A stretch of 64,000 nt of DNA from Botryllus schlosseri (Eukaryota), in NCBI GenBank assembly GCA_051294905.1, contig CM119371.1:12340001-12404000 (forward strand), written 5' to 3'. Shown here one piece after another: positions 37,090 to 50,400 of the stretch (its first letter is position 1; each line of letters begins with the position of its first letter). The position numbers and the translations under genes were made by a program. The notes beneath the pieces were generated by a model. The model made no database searches. It saw only the letters and a program-made list of their open reading frames with translations, and was not told where the DNA came from.

Positions 37090-38990
37090 GTGAGTCACTA
37101 AAGTGTAACCGACATGGCTGATCAGTAATCAATCAGCTTGAGATATTAGTATCTTCGCTTTTAGTGCGTGTCTTACTTACTAGCGCACGAAATAAATATT
37201 ATAACTATCATTACTGAGTACAGACTAAAAATTGACTGAATAGGATAGTAAGATTTAAGTCGTACCATCAGTGTTTATGAAATTCTGAGGTTGAACGGGG
37301 TTTCCCGTGAGAATATGGTTCCCGCGGAAACACAGCTGACTCTGACTTCACGGAATCGCCGCGCAAATAACCGACGCGTTGCATTAATTTAAACTAATAT
37401 TATCTCGATACCCCGCATAACAATATCTGAATTATAGATCAAACTTTATACGGTATACGTTACACATACTGTCACAACGACAACGATAGCTCGGTATTGA
37501 AAACGATCTTTATATGAGGGTAAAAACTGAAAATATGAATTCCACTAATTATAAATTTGTGCGTCCGCCGTTACAGCTCATAGGAGTATAAGTGTGAGGA
37601 GGCAACAAAAGCTAATAATTCACATTATAGGAGGGTTTTGGGAGGTAGAAGATGTATTTTCGGACGTGGGGAGGTGTATTACACCTTCTTTGGTGCTGTA
37701 TGGCATGTTCCCTCCTCACGTGAAAGGAGGGGTTATCGTTTCCTCCTTGATTTTAGCTAATAACCCACCTTTATTTTTCACAGTGAGGAAGAAGGGCATT
37801 TCGATAAAACTTTTGTAACAAAGCAAGTAAAACTTCCGAGATTGGCAAGATGCTTGGTCGTTTATTGTTGATTACTCTATGCTGCCAGTGCGCCGAAGGT
37901 TGCCCACCCCTATGTTCTAGATAGGGATACGGTTCAATTTCAGCCGGGACCTGCAACGAGGTATGATTGGGCTACCAAAAATGCTTATTTTGATTGAACT
38001 GGAGTATGTTTTGCGCTTTTCCCTTCCTGGTAAAAACTGTGTGTTTATTCCCGGACTTCCCGGTGCATGGCATGCAAACGTGGATGAGCAATGGTTGAAT
38101 AGCCGATATAAAGTAGGTTACTGACATCGCTAAAACTATATCACGAAAGCATCTGCGCGCATTGTAAGTATTTTTTAATGTGCTGCCAATAAACGAACTG
38201 ATACTATGTTCGACCACAGAGAGAACCAAACGCTCTGAAAGACTGCAATAGCGATAAAATTATTCGGGGATGTCGATGTTGTTATGTGTGATTGCGGGAC
38301 TAGCGATCGACAGTGGATTATGTAGATGCAAGTAAGTATTGACTGTGTATATTATCAAATTTTATACACTTACATTAGTCTTTTAATCTCTCATCCTAGG
38401 TGAGAATCGTTCTCCTTACGACGTGGTCAGATGTATGATATATTTTGTTGCGTGTTTCCATCCTGGCTGTGGTTGCAATCTGCGAGCTCGTTGCTCGTAT
38501 AACCGGTTCATGGATACCGCACGCTTTAAAATACTTATGGATGTGAAAGAGATCAAATCAATTATGCAGCATGTGGTACCTATATAGCTGCCGGGGTGTC
38601 GACTGCCTTCCATATACAGTTAGTGTCGATATGTTGTAGTCTAACGCATTTTATTTATTGTAATACATGAACCGCGCTAATGAACCGCTTCCAATTTCAA
38701 TATTGAGATGAAATTGCGGTGTGTTAATTGAATCAATTGAATATTCCTCGGCAATCAAAGTCAACCATTCCATAAGTGACGGAATTGGTTGAAAAGTTAG
38801 TTGGTTCATCGCAATCCAGTTTTCCAAAATAAGTGCATGTGGACACCATTTATAATTCGAAAAGCATTTAATCTTGGTAAAACTACAAAAATATCTATGT
38901 CCAGATATTTTACCAACGAATTTTACATATACATTTTACAAATAACATTGCGTGGTAGTTAAAAATGTAACATCTTCATATATTTTTCAG

Positions 38991-39010
38991 TTATCCGGGA
39001 AGATGCGATG
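38991..39010 (+). CDS. Candidate 20-nt microexon
   Basis: tatttttcag|ttatccgggaagatgcgatg|gtaagt; frame compatible with the phase-1 exon at 37020. Confidence 0.35.
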
Positions 39011-39018
39011 GTAAGTAG

Positions 39019-40956
39019 TAGGGATGGTGTGAACGCGAGGTTCACGTTCGCGTTCTGTGTGTGAACCTCGGGATTTTAGAGGTTCGCGTTCACAACAGAT
39101 CCTAGGTAGGTTCTGCACCAGACTTGGACAACTAGATAATTCTAGTTGTCTAATTTCACTAAATTAGAGCGAAATGCCAGTAATCTAATTCTAATCTAAT
39201 TTGTGAAATGCTTCCATGCTCTAATTCTAATTCTAATCTAATTTGTGAAATGTTCTTATGCTCTAATTCTAATTCTAATCTAATTTGTGAAATGTCCATA
39301 TTCTCTAATTCTAGTTCTAATCTAATTATTGTTTTCCTGAAAATGTCTCTTTGTCCGAGGCATATTGCACTATTGCAGTGAGTTAAAAAGAATATCTCTC
39401 TTGCGCAGGGAAATCCAGTGCCAAGCCGCCATCGCCTTACTTACACCGTGCAGTCATAGTAGATATTATGACAATTATAGCCTGCTAGAGTAGCTTGTAG
39501 TCTGCGAACAACATTCTAGTTACTAAAACTTTACGTTAGTACATCGCCACTCTGACTAACATGGGCGATGCCCACGGTTACCATAAAAGAAGTAATGTTT
39601 TATTAAAGTATAGTAAAAATCGAGCCAAGCTTGGTGTACAGAAGTTAACCATTCTCATGTTTATGGGAATGCACTGTTGTTGCTGTTGTTTATTAACCAA
39701 AATATGTGGCGCTTATCGCCTCACGGCCTTTTGCACCACGCACTGTGATTTGATGTGAACTGCATTTTGCTGTATTCCTTTCCCATGTACAATTTCATTC
39801 AATTTCCAAGTTTTTGCGAACTAAGTGGCTCTAATTCTAATTCTAATCTAATCTGGAAAAAGCTTAGTAGCTCTAATTCTAATTCTAATCTAATTTGAAA
39901 AAAGCTGTGTAGCTCTAATTATAATTCTAATCTAATTTGGAAAAACTGTGCAGCTCTAATTCTAATTCTAATCTAGTTTGAAAAAAACTGTGGAGCTCTA
40001 ATTCTAATTCTAATCTAATTCTGAAAAGCTGAAAATTTTCTAGTTGTCCAAGTCTGTTCTGCACATGAACCTTTTCATATATTACAATTTTCACTTCATA
40101 TTGACATCTTTGGTTCGAACTTATTGCATTTCAACTGCGTGCCACTCTATGAATGACGCCGGCTGCATAAAAAAAAACTTGAAACGAGCATGCACCTTGA
40201 CAATCTCAAAGATTTTACTTGCTTTGTTACAAAAATTTTGCTCGAAATATCCAACTTTCCGTTTGTGAATATTTAGTGACTCTGTGATGTGAGCTAACCC
40301 GCAATCACACAACATCACGAGCGACATACATAACATGTAGAGAGCGAATGATGCTTATTCAACCAATCAATGAGATTAATATCGTTTTTTGATGTAACAA
40401 ATCTAGCTAGCGTACGGGGTCTATCTTCACTTCATATGTTTACTGCATCATTAAAACCAAATCCGTGCGATTGAGGTGTTGGCTACAGCTGTATAACTTT
40501 TGGGGTAGCCTAATATCGGTAGCAAGCATAAAATCCTGATTTACACTCTGCCCAATGTAGCAATACGCATACACCGAATACATTGCCCGGTCTGGTCAAG
40601 GCCGTTAAGGCGTAAGCTTATATTCCCTGGCAACTCCTCTTCGAAATCATTGGCAAACCGAAGGATGATATTGATTTTATGGGAGTATTATATCATTTGA
40701 TTGCCTCAGTTGATACATTTAGCGACGTAGAAAACGCCAAAATGTACTTCAGCATTGTGGCATTATGTGGCCCGAGTCGTCGCTAGGTATATCGTGTACA
40801 ATAATATAGAATATCACTTCATTGAAAGCTAGGGTTGGAATTAGCTATTTGACGTCACGTGACGTCACGAAGTTCACGTTTGCGTTCACACGTAACCTTT
40901 CAAAAAGGTTCGCGTTCACACGAACCTGAACCTTTCAGAGGTTCACACCATCCCTA
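39019..40956. mobile_element. Non-autonomous hAT (Ac-like) element
   Basis: TIR tagggatggtgtgaac/gttcacaccatcccta; TSD gtaagtag both sides. Confidence 0.9.
39119..40056. mobile_element. Nested MITE with ~41-bp subterminal tandem repeats
   Basis: 17-bp TIR cagacttggacaactag; TSD ttctgcac; CTCTAATTCTAATTCTAATCTAATTTG arrays at both ends in the same orientation. Confidence 0.9.
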
Positions 40957-41835
40957 GTAAGTAGGCCTTTTCATATTTTAGCGGTAAAGCGAGCGCCCCT
41001 GTACAAACGTAATTGTCACAGTAACACCATTTTCAACGATCCTTGCACTATAGCTGTCAGGCTATGATATTACCGACTTGAAACAAGCCCTAACACGTCG
41101 TACAAATAAGTATGTCCGCAACTGAAATGATAGCGGAGTAACTTGCGACGAGCCAACGTCCACGTTCACACCAAGATTAGTGTTATTCAAGTGATGATTT
41201 TCTTTCTGTTTTGGTGTATATATTCGCAATCGCCAAAAACTAAATACTAATTCGCGTGAATACAACACTGAATTTAAAAAAATTAGGGTTTTGGTATGCT
41301 TCTACTGGCATCAGAATTTTGCTAGCATTTATACACTTCGCGACCTATACTTTAAGAACCCCTGATGCAGGATATCAGCATGTTATAAATGAATATTGCA
41401 GTAGAAAAGAATCATAAATGCCACGAACAACAACGACGACGTAGGATATATAAGTCGCTATTGCTTACCACAATTTAGGCAAGGTGTGGATGCAAAATAC
41501 ATAACAGCTACAACAGTAAGGTAATGTATTTGGACCGCATTACAAATTGCCCATCGCAACTTCATGATTCATACAACACGCTCGGTTTCTGCAATCAATC
41601 GCGCGTTTCACTTTACTGCGATTGTACACTGAAAAAAAAATTTACCTCGATTTACCGCGAAATGTCTGGAAGCAGGGTGGCCAGCCACTTGGCAGTAATA
41701 TAACATTACCGTCACTCAATGTAAATTCAACTTACAACCGTCCGGTATTTATTGTTGGAAGAAGAAAAAGAGTGGCGCCTATCACCGTCAGGTCTTGTGC
41801 GCCACGACATTACTAAATTTTAATTTAGCAGCAAT

Positions 41836-43904
41836 TTAAATATATCGATCACAACTCAGCACATATTCTACCACGTATTTTAAAATGCTTGGATCCGTTA
41901 GTAAGTTCACGAGGCGAAATGGAATATTCATACAAACACAAGCACGGCGCAGGAACGTTCTATGAAATTCATGCGAGGGGCAGTCTATTATAAAGTGCTC
42001 AACCGTCTCAGGCTTATTGCAGGAGCTACAATGTGGCGACGGTGCGATTCCAATCTTAAACAAGTGTGCGTTCAGTCCGCAATGACCTGAGCGCAATCGA
42101 AATAATATTCGGTCGCAAATGCGATTTTCAAGACTTGGTGTACTATGATTAAGGGATTCACGAAAAAGTTTGAAATGAGAGCCTTTATCTTCTTCGAGGT
42201 AATGTTGGTTCCAAATTTGCTTGCAATATTTCAGTATGACTTGCTTAGCTTCATGCCTTGTCAAAACTGTATTTGTAGGATTCCGCCCTTCAGATGACGT
42301 TGCTGCGGACTTTGCCAATTGGTCTGCCGTCTCGTTGCCTTTAATATCGACGTGTGCTGGTATCCAAACGAAGATAATATGTATTTTCTGGAATTTAAGA
42401 TCAAGTAGATTAGTTGAAATTTCATTTGATACCTTACTCATCCTTCGGAAACGCGCTTTTTGTAGATGCTGCAATGCACTGCAACTGTCCGACAGTAGTA
42501 AATATTTCTTGACATACGAACCGTTTTCTAAAATCCACTTCAGTGCCTCGGAGATAGCAGTTAGTTCAGCTGTGAAGCTTGACGAATACAAGGAACATCG
42601 TTCGGTTATCGACACGTGGTTTGGGATATACACTGCACATCCCGTTCCGAAGTCGTTTTTTGAGCCATCCGTATAAATATGGTCGTATCCAATGTATTTT
42701 TCTGTTATATATGACAGGGAATTCTGACGTAACTGTTCAAATGAAGTATCGGACCACTTGGAATGCAGTAGATGAAAATCTACGCAGGGAACAGGAATTT
42801 TCCACGGTTGCACACGCACAGTTGTGTGTCGATACGTATCTATTGTGAATTGTTGGAGCAAGTCGATTTTTGAGATAAGGTTGAAAGTTCGAAATTTTGG
42901 ATTTGTCAAACTATATATTTCGTGCCAGGTATCATCTAATAATTCCGATGCTGGATTGTTGTCGGTGGAATGGGCCAGAAAAAAACAGCGATAATTAAGG
43001 CAGAGGTGTAAATGCCGGGTGTGAAGCGGCATCTCGTTACATTCGGCTTCTAAAGCGCAAATCGGAGTGCTTCGCATTGCACCGCAGCAGAGCCTCAGAG
43101 CTTGATTATGTATTATATTCAGTCTATCCAAATGTTTTTCCGCGGCAAAAAAGTATGCTGGCATCGCGTAATCGATTGTACTCCTAATCATCGCTCGATA
43201 CAACTGTAACAGAGAAGGTCGACTTGCCCCCCAATAAGTGCCGGTTAGGAGTCGTATCATATTCAATCGCTTTGTGCATTTCGAGGCAATATTTTCAATG
43301 TGATATTTGTATGTTAGTCTTCTATCAAATGTGACTCCCAAATACTTCGCTTTATCTTCAAATCTCAACGGAACTCCACCAAAATCTAGCGTATGATGAC
43401 CAACTTTAATTTTTCTGGTGAATATCACTGCAATTGACTTGTCAGTAGAGATCTTGAAACCCCAATCTGAGCACCATTTGTGTATCACGTCTAATGATTT
43501 TTGAACTTCCGCCACTGCGTCAGTTAACGACAACTCACTGTCCCATACTGCACAGTCGTCCGCAAAGAGACCATTTCCCACCTGCAATAAGGGTGCCAAA
43601 TCATTTATCATTACTGCAAAGAGGATGGGGCTTATAGAGCTTCCTTGCGGAAGACCATTTTCAAGTTGAAATGGCGTGGATAGCGAAGAACCAATGCGAA
43701 CCGAGAACGATCTGTCACGTAGAAAATCTGATATCCATTTCAGCAACCTCCCATGTATGCCGAGGGCAGACAGTTTATAGAGCAAACCATTTCGCCATAC
43801 CATATCGTAGGCTTTCTCAATGTCGAGAAAAGCTGCAACTACTGATCTCTGATTGTTCAGTGCCTTATATATGGTGTCGTGTAGGCGAAGTATATGGTCT
43901 AGGG
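41836..43904 (-). pseudogene. LINE ORF2 reverse transcriptase + RNase H + CCHC
   Basis: FLDIEKAYD, GLPQGS, FADD, KYLGV; YTDGS, AEL, SDS, WIPAHVDIKGNETAD; CSSC..ETVEHFIIDC; MITE removal restores RHDRSNLDHIL. Confidence 0.93.
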
Positions 43905-45644
43905 CAGTGGTTCTCAACCGCCGGTCCGCGGACCGGCACCGGTCCGCGACGACATTCCTGCCGGTCCGCCAGGTATATTACAATTTTATACCTTAATTCC
44001 AAGATACAATGTTGAAGGCGATAAGTACAGAAGAGATACGAGCTCATCGCTAAACAGCGCAGTTTGCGCGATCATTCGTTTTCAATTCATTCATTTTGTG
44101 TAGAGCCGTAACTGGGGCACTCCAAACCGCCCAATTGGAGAGGGGCCGAGCTTGAAAAGGGCCCAAAATTATTTTGCAAAATGAACATAAATCATAGCGT
44201 GTTTTTTTTTTTAAACTTTTTCCAACACTTTTCAATTTCTTTTCGTGCTTTGCGCGATTTAGTGTCACTGAATGCCTTGCATATTAGGTTCCCTTCTCCG
44301 AGAAATACGCATGATTTATAGAAATAGGCATTTCGGTGCCAGCCATTAGCGCGCCACGACGTACCAACACATAATTAGGTTTACGCTAACATGTGACTCC
44401 GAAAGGCCGGGTTGTAATGACTCCAGTCATGACTCGACTCGAGTCACGGTATTCGGATGACTCGACTTGATTCGAGTCGATGTACATGATTCGAACCAAG
44501 TCATATGACTCGAGACTCAGACGGCCAGGACCGACATTTCATTGTAATTTCGAATAATATTAAAGCAACCACATGCAATATTGGGATCTCGTCTATCCGT
44601 ACTCGTACTTGAAAATGCGACCAAAAACCGCTGAAATTGAAGAAAATTAGGATATTATTAATGCGAACCATTCGTTATCATCAAACAGAGTTCTAAAAAG
44701 TGGGTTTAACAAGACTTTAACTGGGAACTGAAGAGTCAACAAAATGACTTGGACTCGGACTCGAGTCATAATACCATGACTCGGACTTGACCCTCTGCTC
44801 CCTGACTTGGACTCGGACTTGACTCCGTGGTAAATTGAAAATGACTATAGATTTGATTCGAGTCAAAATTAATAAAAGTGAGATTGACTTGTGACTCGAA
44901 GCCTTGTGAGTTGGTTACAACTCATCCGAAAGGTGTGCCAAAATTTCGGCAGCGAGAAAACCGATATGAGTCATGAATGATTAAAAATTTTCGCTATTGG
45001 CGCGATTAAGCTAGGCTACATAAACTTTCTCCTTACACTGAGTAGAATGAATGTGCTCACTAGTACAGGTGAAAACCTCGACCCAACAGCAGGGCCTGGG
45101 GCCGAAGCCCCCGGAAGTTTTGCTTATCGGCTTGTGGGGGCCCAAGACCAACGTTTTTGGGGTGGGCTGACGAAGTCCTTTTTCGGCCCGGTTCCGTGCA
45201 TGGCCGGTATAGCTGCTGTAAGGTGTTTTCTTGCGGTACGCATTGTATTCGTATAGCTGCCAGAATAGCCTGCATCTGGTGGTAGTGGGCAATGAGCAAG
45301 GTAGCACGACAATGAGCTTGATTCGACTATGAAACGCTTCTTCTCTCGATATTGTCAAAAGGAAGAATATTATTCGAGTTGGCGTGGTCGGTTAAACCCA
45401 CGACCTTCGGCGCAAAAGACTGTAAACGACTCTCGGCGGTATCACGTTTATCTCGACAAGGCAATTCTACTTCGACTCAGCAGACTCACTACCATAAAAT
45501 GTCACTCTCTAGCACCATATAATTGCAAAAAACGGTTGCATAGTCTACATTTTGGCTTCATATCAATTTTGAAAGTTCACCGGTCCGCCAGACATTTTTT
45601 GAAATTTGACCGGTCCGCGGGGTGAAAAAGGTTGAGAACCACTG
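43905..45644. mobile_element. hAT Charlie-like element inserted in the RT domain
   Basis: TIR cagtggttctcaacc; TSD gtctaggg/gtctaggt. Confidence 0.9.
44407..44925. mobile_element. Short GACTCGAGTC-family hAT MITE nested in the previous element
   Basis: Ends ccgggttgtaa/ttacaactcat; TSD ccgaaagg both sides; related to 56224-58222. Confidence 0.85.
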
Positions 45645-46490
45645 GTCTAGGTTACTGCGATCGTGACGAAAACCCGACTGGGAGTAATGAAGAAGATCGT
45701 TCGCCTCAAGAAACCACTGAAGTCTATTTACTATCATCACTTCCATAACCTTACAAAGATGGCTGGACAATGAGATGGGTCGATATGATCCCGCTTCAGA
45801 AGGATCCTTTCGTGGTTTTAGGATAGGAACTACTACAGCATGTTTCCAGGATTTAGGAAATTTTCCATCTCTCCATGAAATGTTATAAAGCTCGGTCTGG
45901 GCGGACGTCGAAAGATTTTGCAGCATTTGATAATTTATCGAATCCCGTCCAGGAGAAGAGATTTTCCGACTCTGTAGTGCCTCCCTAAGTTCCGACATCT
46001 GAAACGCCGCATTCATTGGATCTTCCAGATTCACATTGAAAGGTAGACACGATGTAATATGTTGGTCACGTTGACTCTTGGAAAGGAGGAAATTCGAAGC
46101 GTAGTTATCGGATCTGCTTATGGTAGCGAAGTGCTCGCCTATTATTTCAGCTTTTGACGTGTCTTCGATGTGATCAACTTCATTTACTCGGATATGAGGA
46201 ATTTGCTGATGCGCTCTTGTACCAGCGATGCTACGAATAACCCGCCATACGTGATTTAAACGTGATTTATTATTCAGCGAGGAACAGAAAGACTCCCAGC
46301 AAAAGCGTTTTGCTTCGAGTATAGTTCTTCTGCATGCGGACCTGGCCTTTTTGAAGTTTATAACGTCTGTTATATCAAAGGTGCGCTTCATTCTTAAATA
46401 TGCTGCTCTTTTCCTACGAATCATTCTCTCACATTCGGGACTCCACCAAGGGACATATTTCTTGTCCATATTCCTTGTCTTTGGTATTGA
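45645..46490 (-). pseudogene. LINE ORF2 middle part (linker + RT N-terminus)
   Basis: PWWS, SPGRD, WKHAVVVPILKP, SYRPISL, QSGFR; interrupted by MITE at 45644. Confidence 0.92.
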
Positions 46491-47315
46491 TCAATACGCT
46501 GCTGTCGTTATGCATTTTGTTAGAATAGTATTTGCAGACTCAACATCTCGTTGATCGGACAAATCGATCATTTCATCTGCAATTCGGGAGAACGTCTTCC
46601 AATTGGCTTTCTTGAGAGACCACGATGGTGGTCGATAAAAGGAAGTTATCGCCGAGTTTGTCATATACTTCGTGAATACTACGAAATGATCACTTCCTAG
46701 CAGCGACGAAGATATTTCAGTTTGGCATCTCGCGGCTATATCTTGACTAGCGAGTGTTAAATCTAGCAATGACCAACGATTAACAGCATTGCTCGCGAGA
46801 TTGATATGTGTTGGAGTTGAAGAGTTTAACATGACTAAGTTTGCGTGATCGAGGACATTAAAAAGTTTAGTCCCTCGTTGGTTCGTTTGGTGACTCCACG
46901 ACCAATGATGCGCATTGAAGTCGCCAAAGACGATGGATTTTGGTGGTAACGTCTCGAAAATGTTCGCATCACTGTCGCGTAAGCGGCAGTCGGGTGGGAT
47001 GTACACATTGTACAATGATAGGCCGTGAAGCTTCACACAAAGTACCTCGATGTCGGTTGTAGCAACTGCTTCGATGCTGGAGTTATGCGAAGATTTAATG
47101 AAGATCGCCAATCCACCAGAATGAAGGGATTTGTCCTTTCTGTGACAGTGATATCCTGGAAATTTCGGAGAGTATTTTTCGATAAGGTGTGTTTCCTGGA
47201 GAATTATCGCATCTGGAGCACGTTCCAGAGTCGTGAAAAAGTGTTTTAGTTCGTGATGTTTCCTATATAATCCTCTACAATTCCACTGTAAAAAGTTCAG
47301 TCCTATATTATCCAT
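46491..47315 (-). pseudogene. LINE ORF2 apurinic endonuclease domain (ends at in-frame nonsense codon)
   Basis: LQWNCRG, LQET, NVYIPP, GDFNAHH, LDLT, GSDH motifs; frame continues into 46469. Confidence 0.92.
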
Positions 47316-47888
47316 CGTTTATGGGATTTGTCATCGGATTGGTGTCATTGATATCATGGAAGGGCTCGAAAATGTTTCTCATCGTGACAACATCTGCCTG
47401 TCGACCGAGATATTTCAAAGAAACTTTGGATACTATATTGTATACGTCGCACTCCTTGTCCGAGTTGCAGGCCGCCAATGTAAGCTTCACTATTTCAGCC
47501 AGTAAAGCAATAAGATGGATCGGATCAATATACGCTAACGAAGATTGATTATTTGGTTGCAAATCAGGATGATTGTTTGGATCGTTGCTTTTATTGTCTT
47601 TGTTCATGTGATTAGAGGTTGTTTGTCGCGGAATCTTCCTGATGGTGGCTCGGTGACTTGGGTTGTTGATTGTTGCTGATTGTTGACACGCGTTGCGCTA
47701 TCCCAGCTAGCACGCCCACTTGGTATCCAGGTGGAATTTAAGTGGTTAGGTGGGATGGATGATCGGAATGGGTTAGTAACATGTAACCCACATCGAAACC
47801 AAGCGGGATTTCCATCCATAAAGATGCGTGGTTATACCATACCAATCCCAGGTAGATTGCAATAAGTCTCATCTAATTGTACCTATCA

Positions 47889-49065
47889 ATTTGAACTCGG
47901 GGGAGTTTTACTTGTTGAGTTTTTGATATCAAATCATCTTGAAACATGAGAAATCCACTTATGGAGGAGCTCAGATTTCCCATATATCACCCACACAGGA
48001 ACCAACCTTATTTTCCATCAATGTTATTTGGTTTATTTCATCGAATAATAAAGGTGGTTCCATATGTAGTGAAGTTTTCTAGCTATTATGCTATCCCTGT
48101 TGGTTGCTCGAACCTCGAACATTAAAACCCCTACCAGCGCTTTACTTCGTCAATGTGATTTGAACTATTTAAAATTGACCGTTTTTCACACTGAAGTGAA
48201 CTTAAATTTCCGTTGCTAGAGTACTCAATTCCTCACAGCGTGCGGTATAATTTTCTTGCGTAGATCCCATTACCTTTATCCCTTATCTGTATCTATTATT
48301 TTTAACTCATGATTAATTTTACTCGTAAAATTTCTGTGATCAGATAATTGGAACTTGTTATTTTCGTCAATGAAGAATGGTCGACTTTTCATACGGCTCC
48401 CACATGTGACCGAGTAGTTTTCCGAAATAGATGCTTCTATTATATTTTCCTACAGCAAGGTTTGTTCATCTATATAGTAAAGTCATATTATAATCGGTTT
48501 CCGATTTATTCATTTGCGATGCTGGTCGCTGGGACATTTCCAAATTTAATTCCACCACCATATGAATTGAATTCGGGTACTGGTGACAATAAGCGCCTAA
48601 GAATCGGGCGGCCTCGGTTCGACTCCCGTTGGAGGTTTGTCCGGGCTCCTCTTCTTGCGACATGAGACCCGAGAATGACTCGACGAAAGAATGCACTCAC
48701 AAGTTATGGAAATCGCTAGCAAGGGCCGTGGCCTCGAAAATGATCAACATCGAGAGTAACTGTGACGGCGGGCACTCTAAGCCGAGGTAGATGTCAGTCT
48801 AAAAGACGGCAACTGCGCGTCGGTCGGCATCCTCCTATCTGTTCATGACATCGCTTTGCATCTAATCGCATTGTACATTGTGTGTGTCTTGTTCAGTTGA
48901 AAATATAACTCAACGATTACACTTAAACAGTGATGATGGCCTCACTCACCCACCGTAAAGGTTATTATATACTCAGATTACCGTATATATATGGTTTGAG
49001 TGAGTGTTGGTAGCACGTATGTACTGTACAGTATACAATGATAAAGTTAACTAACGTGTAGGGTT
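47889..49065. other. Candidate ~1.2-kb insertion of unknown type in the LINE ORF1 region
   Basis: Flanked by direct repeat tacctatca; no TIR; contains ggttcgactcc. Confidence 0.4.
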
Positions 49066-49310
49066 TACCTATCATCGCCTTAGCAAATGTCTACACCGAA
49101 TTCTCGGCCCACTTACACTGTCACTGCTACTGCCACAAGGACCGGGGTCGTAATATTGTCTTCGCTATCAGCTTGGTGGGTTACCCACATGGTTCCCCAG
49201 AAAATACCTCTGTAATATGGGGCCAAAAATGTACGGTTCCCGATTGCTTTCACCAGCTGGTTACCACAATTCATCTCACCTTGATACCTTGTGGTACCCA
49301 AGTAGGCGTG

Positions 49311-50279
49311 CTACCTGGGATCCTGCGCCACTTCGCTGTAAAGACGCGTATCTTGTGTTTCGGGTGTTTCGGAATTTAGTATTGATTTAGCTTCGGAGTG
49401 AGTCACCTTGGAACGTTCTTTTATGATTTGTAATTTTGCCTGTTCTTTGTATACTGGGCACCCGGCATAAGCAGCACTGTGCGGTTGTTTACAATTAATG
49501 CAACATAAATCTTTGGTACACTTCTCCACCTCGTGATCACGACCCCCACATTTTGAACAGCAATATTTCCCACAATTCTCTTTTGTGTGGCCATATCTAT
49601 TGCATCCAAAACATCTGACCGGTGGCGGGTTATAAGGTTTTGTACGGAACCGTAGGTATGAAAAATGCACGTAGTCAGGAATTGTCTCAGACGCGAAACA
49701 TAACAAAATCGATAGGCTGCTCTCATATTTTCCATCTACTTTGCGCTTTAACCGTTTAACGAAATTGACGCCAATTTCAAAGAACTCTTTCAATATCTCT
49801 TCTTCTGTTATATCCAGCGGAACACCGGATATCACTGCTCGTGCTACATAAGGTTTGGCACCAAATAATGAGGTTTTGACTTCGATCAAGTTGGAGTCCT
49901 TTCCTATTTGGTCTATAGTGAGAAGTTTATCAACCTGTTCTTTGGTCTTACAAGTTACAACTAGATCTCCAGAAGGCAATCTACGTATTTTTTCAAAATT
50001 GCCAATGTTCATCTTAAGTGCCTCACATACCTTTGTAGGATGTTGGTGTCCCATGCGTGTTCCATCAGACCCCGATAGTAGCACGTCAAGTTGCTGACTT
50101 GCTGTTTTTTGGCTATTAGATTCCCGTTCCTTCCCAACTGCATTATCCATCAGTGCAAATTTCTTGGCAGGTATTTTGCTTCTTACTTCGCACCACTCCC
50201 CATCCCCGCATTCTTCCTCAGAAGAAGTGAAGGTACTTGAAGACTTCCTCTTTGCGGAGGAACTTGTCTCCATATCCAT
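49311..50279 (-). CDS. LINE ORF1 gag-like nucleic-acid-binding protein (truncated; probable C-terminal remnant at 47308-47819)
   Basis: VISGVP motif, PPVRCFGCNRYGH..CSKCGGRDH..CINCKQPH three zinc knuckles. Confidence 0.9.
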   Translation of the reverse strand: MDMETSSSAKRKSSSTFTSSEEECGDGEWCEVRSKIPAKKFALMDNAVGKERESNSQKTASQQLDVLLSGSDGTRMGHQHPTKVCEALKMNIGNFEKIRRLPSGDLVVTCKTKEQVDKLLTIDQIGKDSNLIEVKTSLFGAKPYVARAVISGVPLDITEEEILKEFFEIGVNFVKRLKRKVDGKYESSLSILLCFASETIPDYVHFSYLRFRTKPYNPPPVRCFGCNRYGHTKENCGKYCCSKCGGRDHEVEKCTKDLCCINCKQPHSAAYAGCPVYKEQAKLQIIKERSKVTHSEAKSILNSETPETQDTRLYSEVAQDPR

Positions 50280-50364
50280 CTGGCTACACGGCGAAGCGTC
50301 AATTGCTAGTCGGACACTTGTCTTGATTACCCAATCTGCTAAGCTTAAATGAACTGAAACGACG

Positions 50365-50400
50365 ATGCGTCCGCACGCTACGACGTCTCTGAGCGAATGA
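50365..50400 (-). promoter_or_regulatory. LINE internal Pol II promoter, Inr + DPE-like
   Basis: Element starts (T)CATTC with GGACG about 27 nt downstream of the A. Confidence 0.45.

Larger units (their letters stand above)
41748..50399 (-). mobile_element. Full-length non-LTR retrotransposon, I group (Nimb-like)
   Basis: 14-bp TSD acaaccgtccggta (41734-41747, 50400-50413); gag-like ORF1, APE-RT-RNase H-CCHC ORF2; 3' end aacaataaa. Confidence 0.93.

Noticed and set aside
39180..40025. Regular repeats with short variable gaps resembling a CRISPR array
   Set aside because: Gaps are ~14 bp and mutually similar, array lies inside a TIR/TSD-bounded MITE, no cas genes
42221..42676. Plus-strand ORFs opposite LINE/P/MULE coding regions (also 54553-54927, 11468-11911)
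   Set aside because: Antisense shadows of real coding frames
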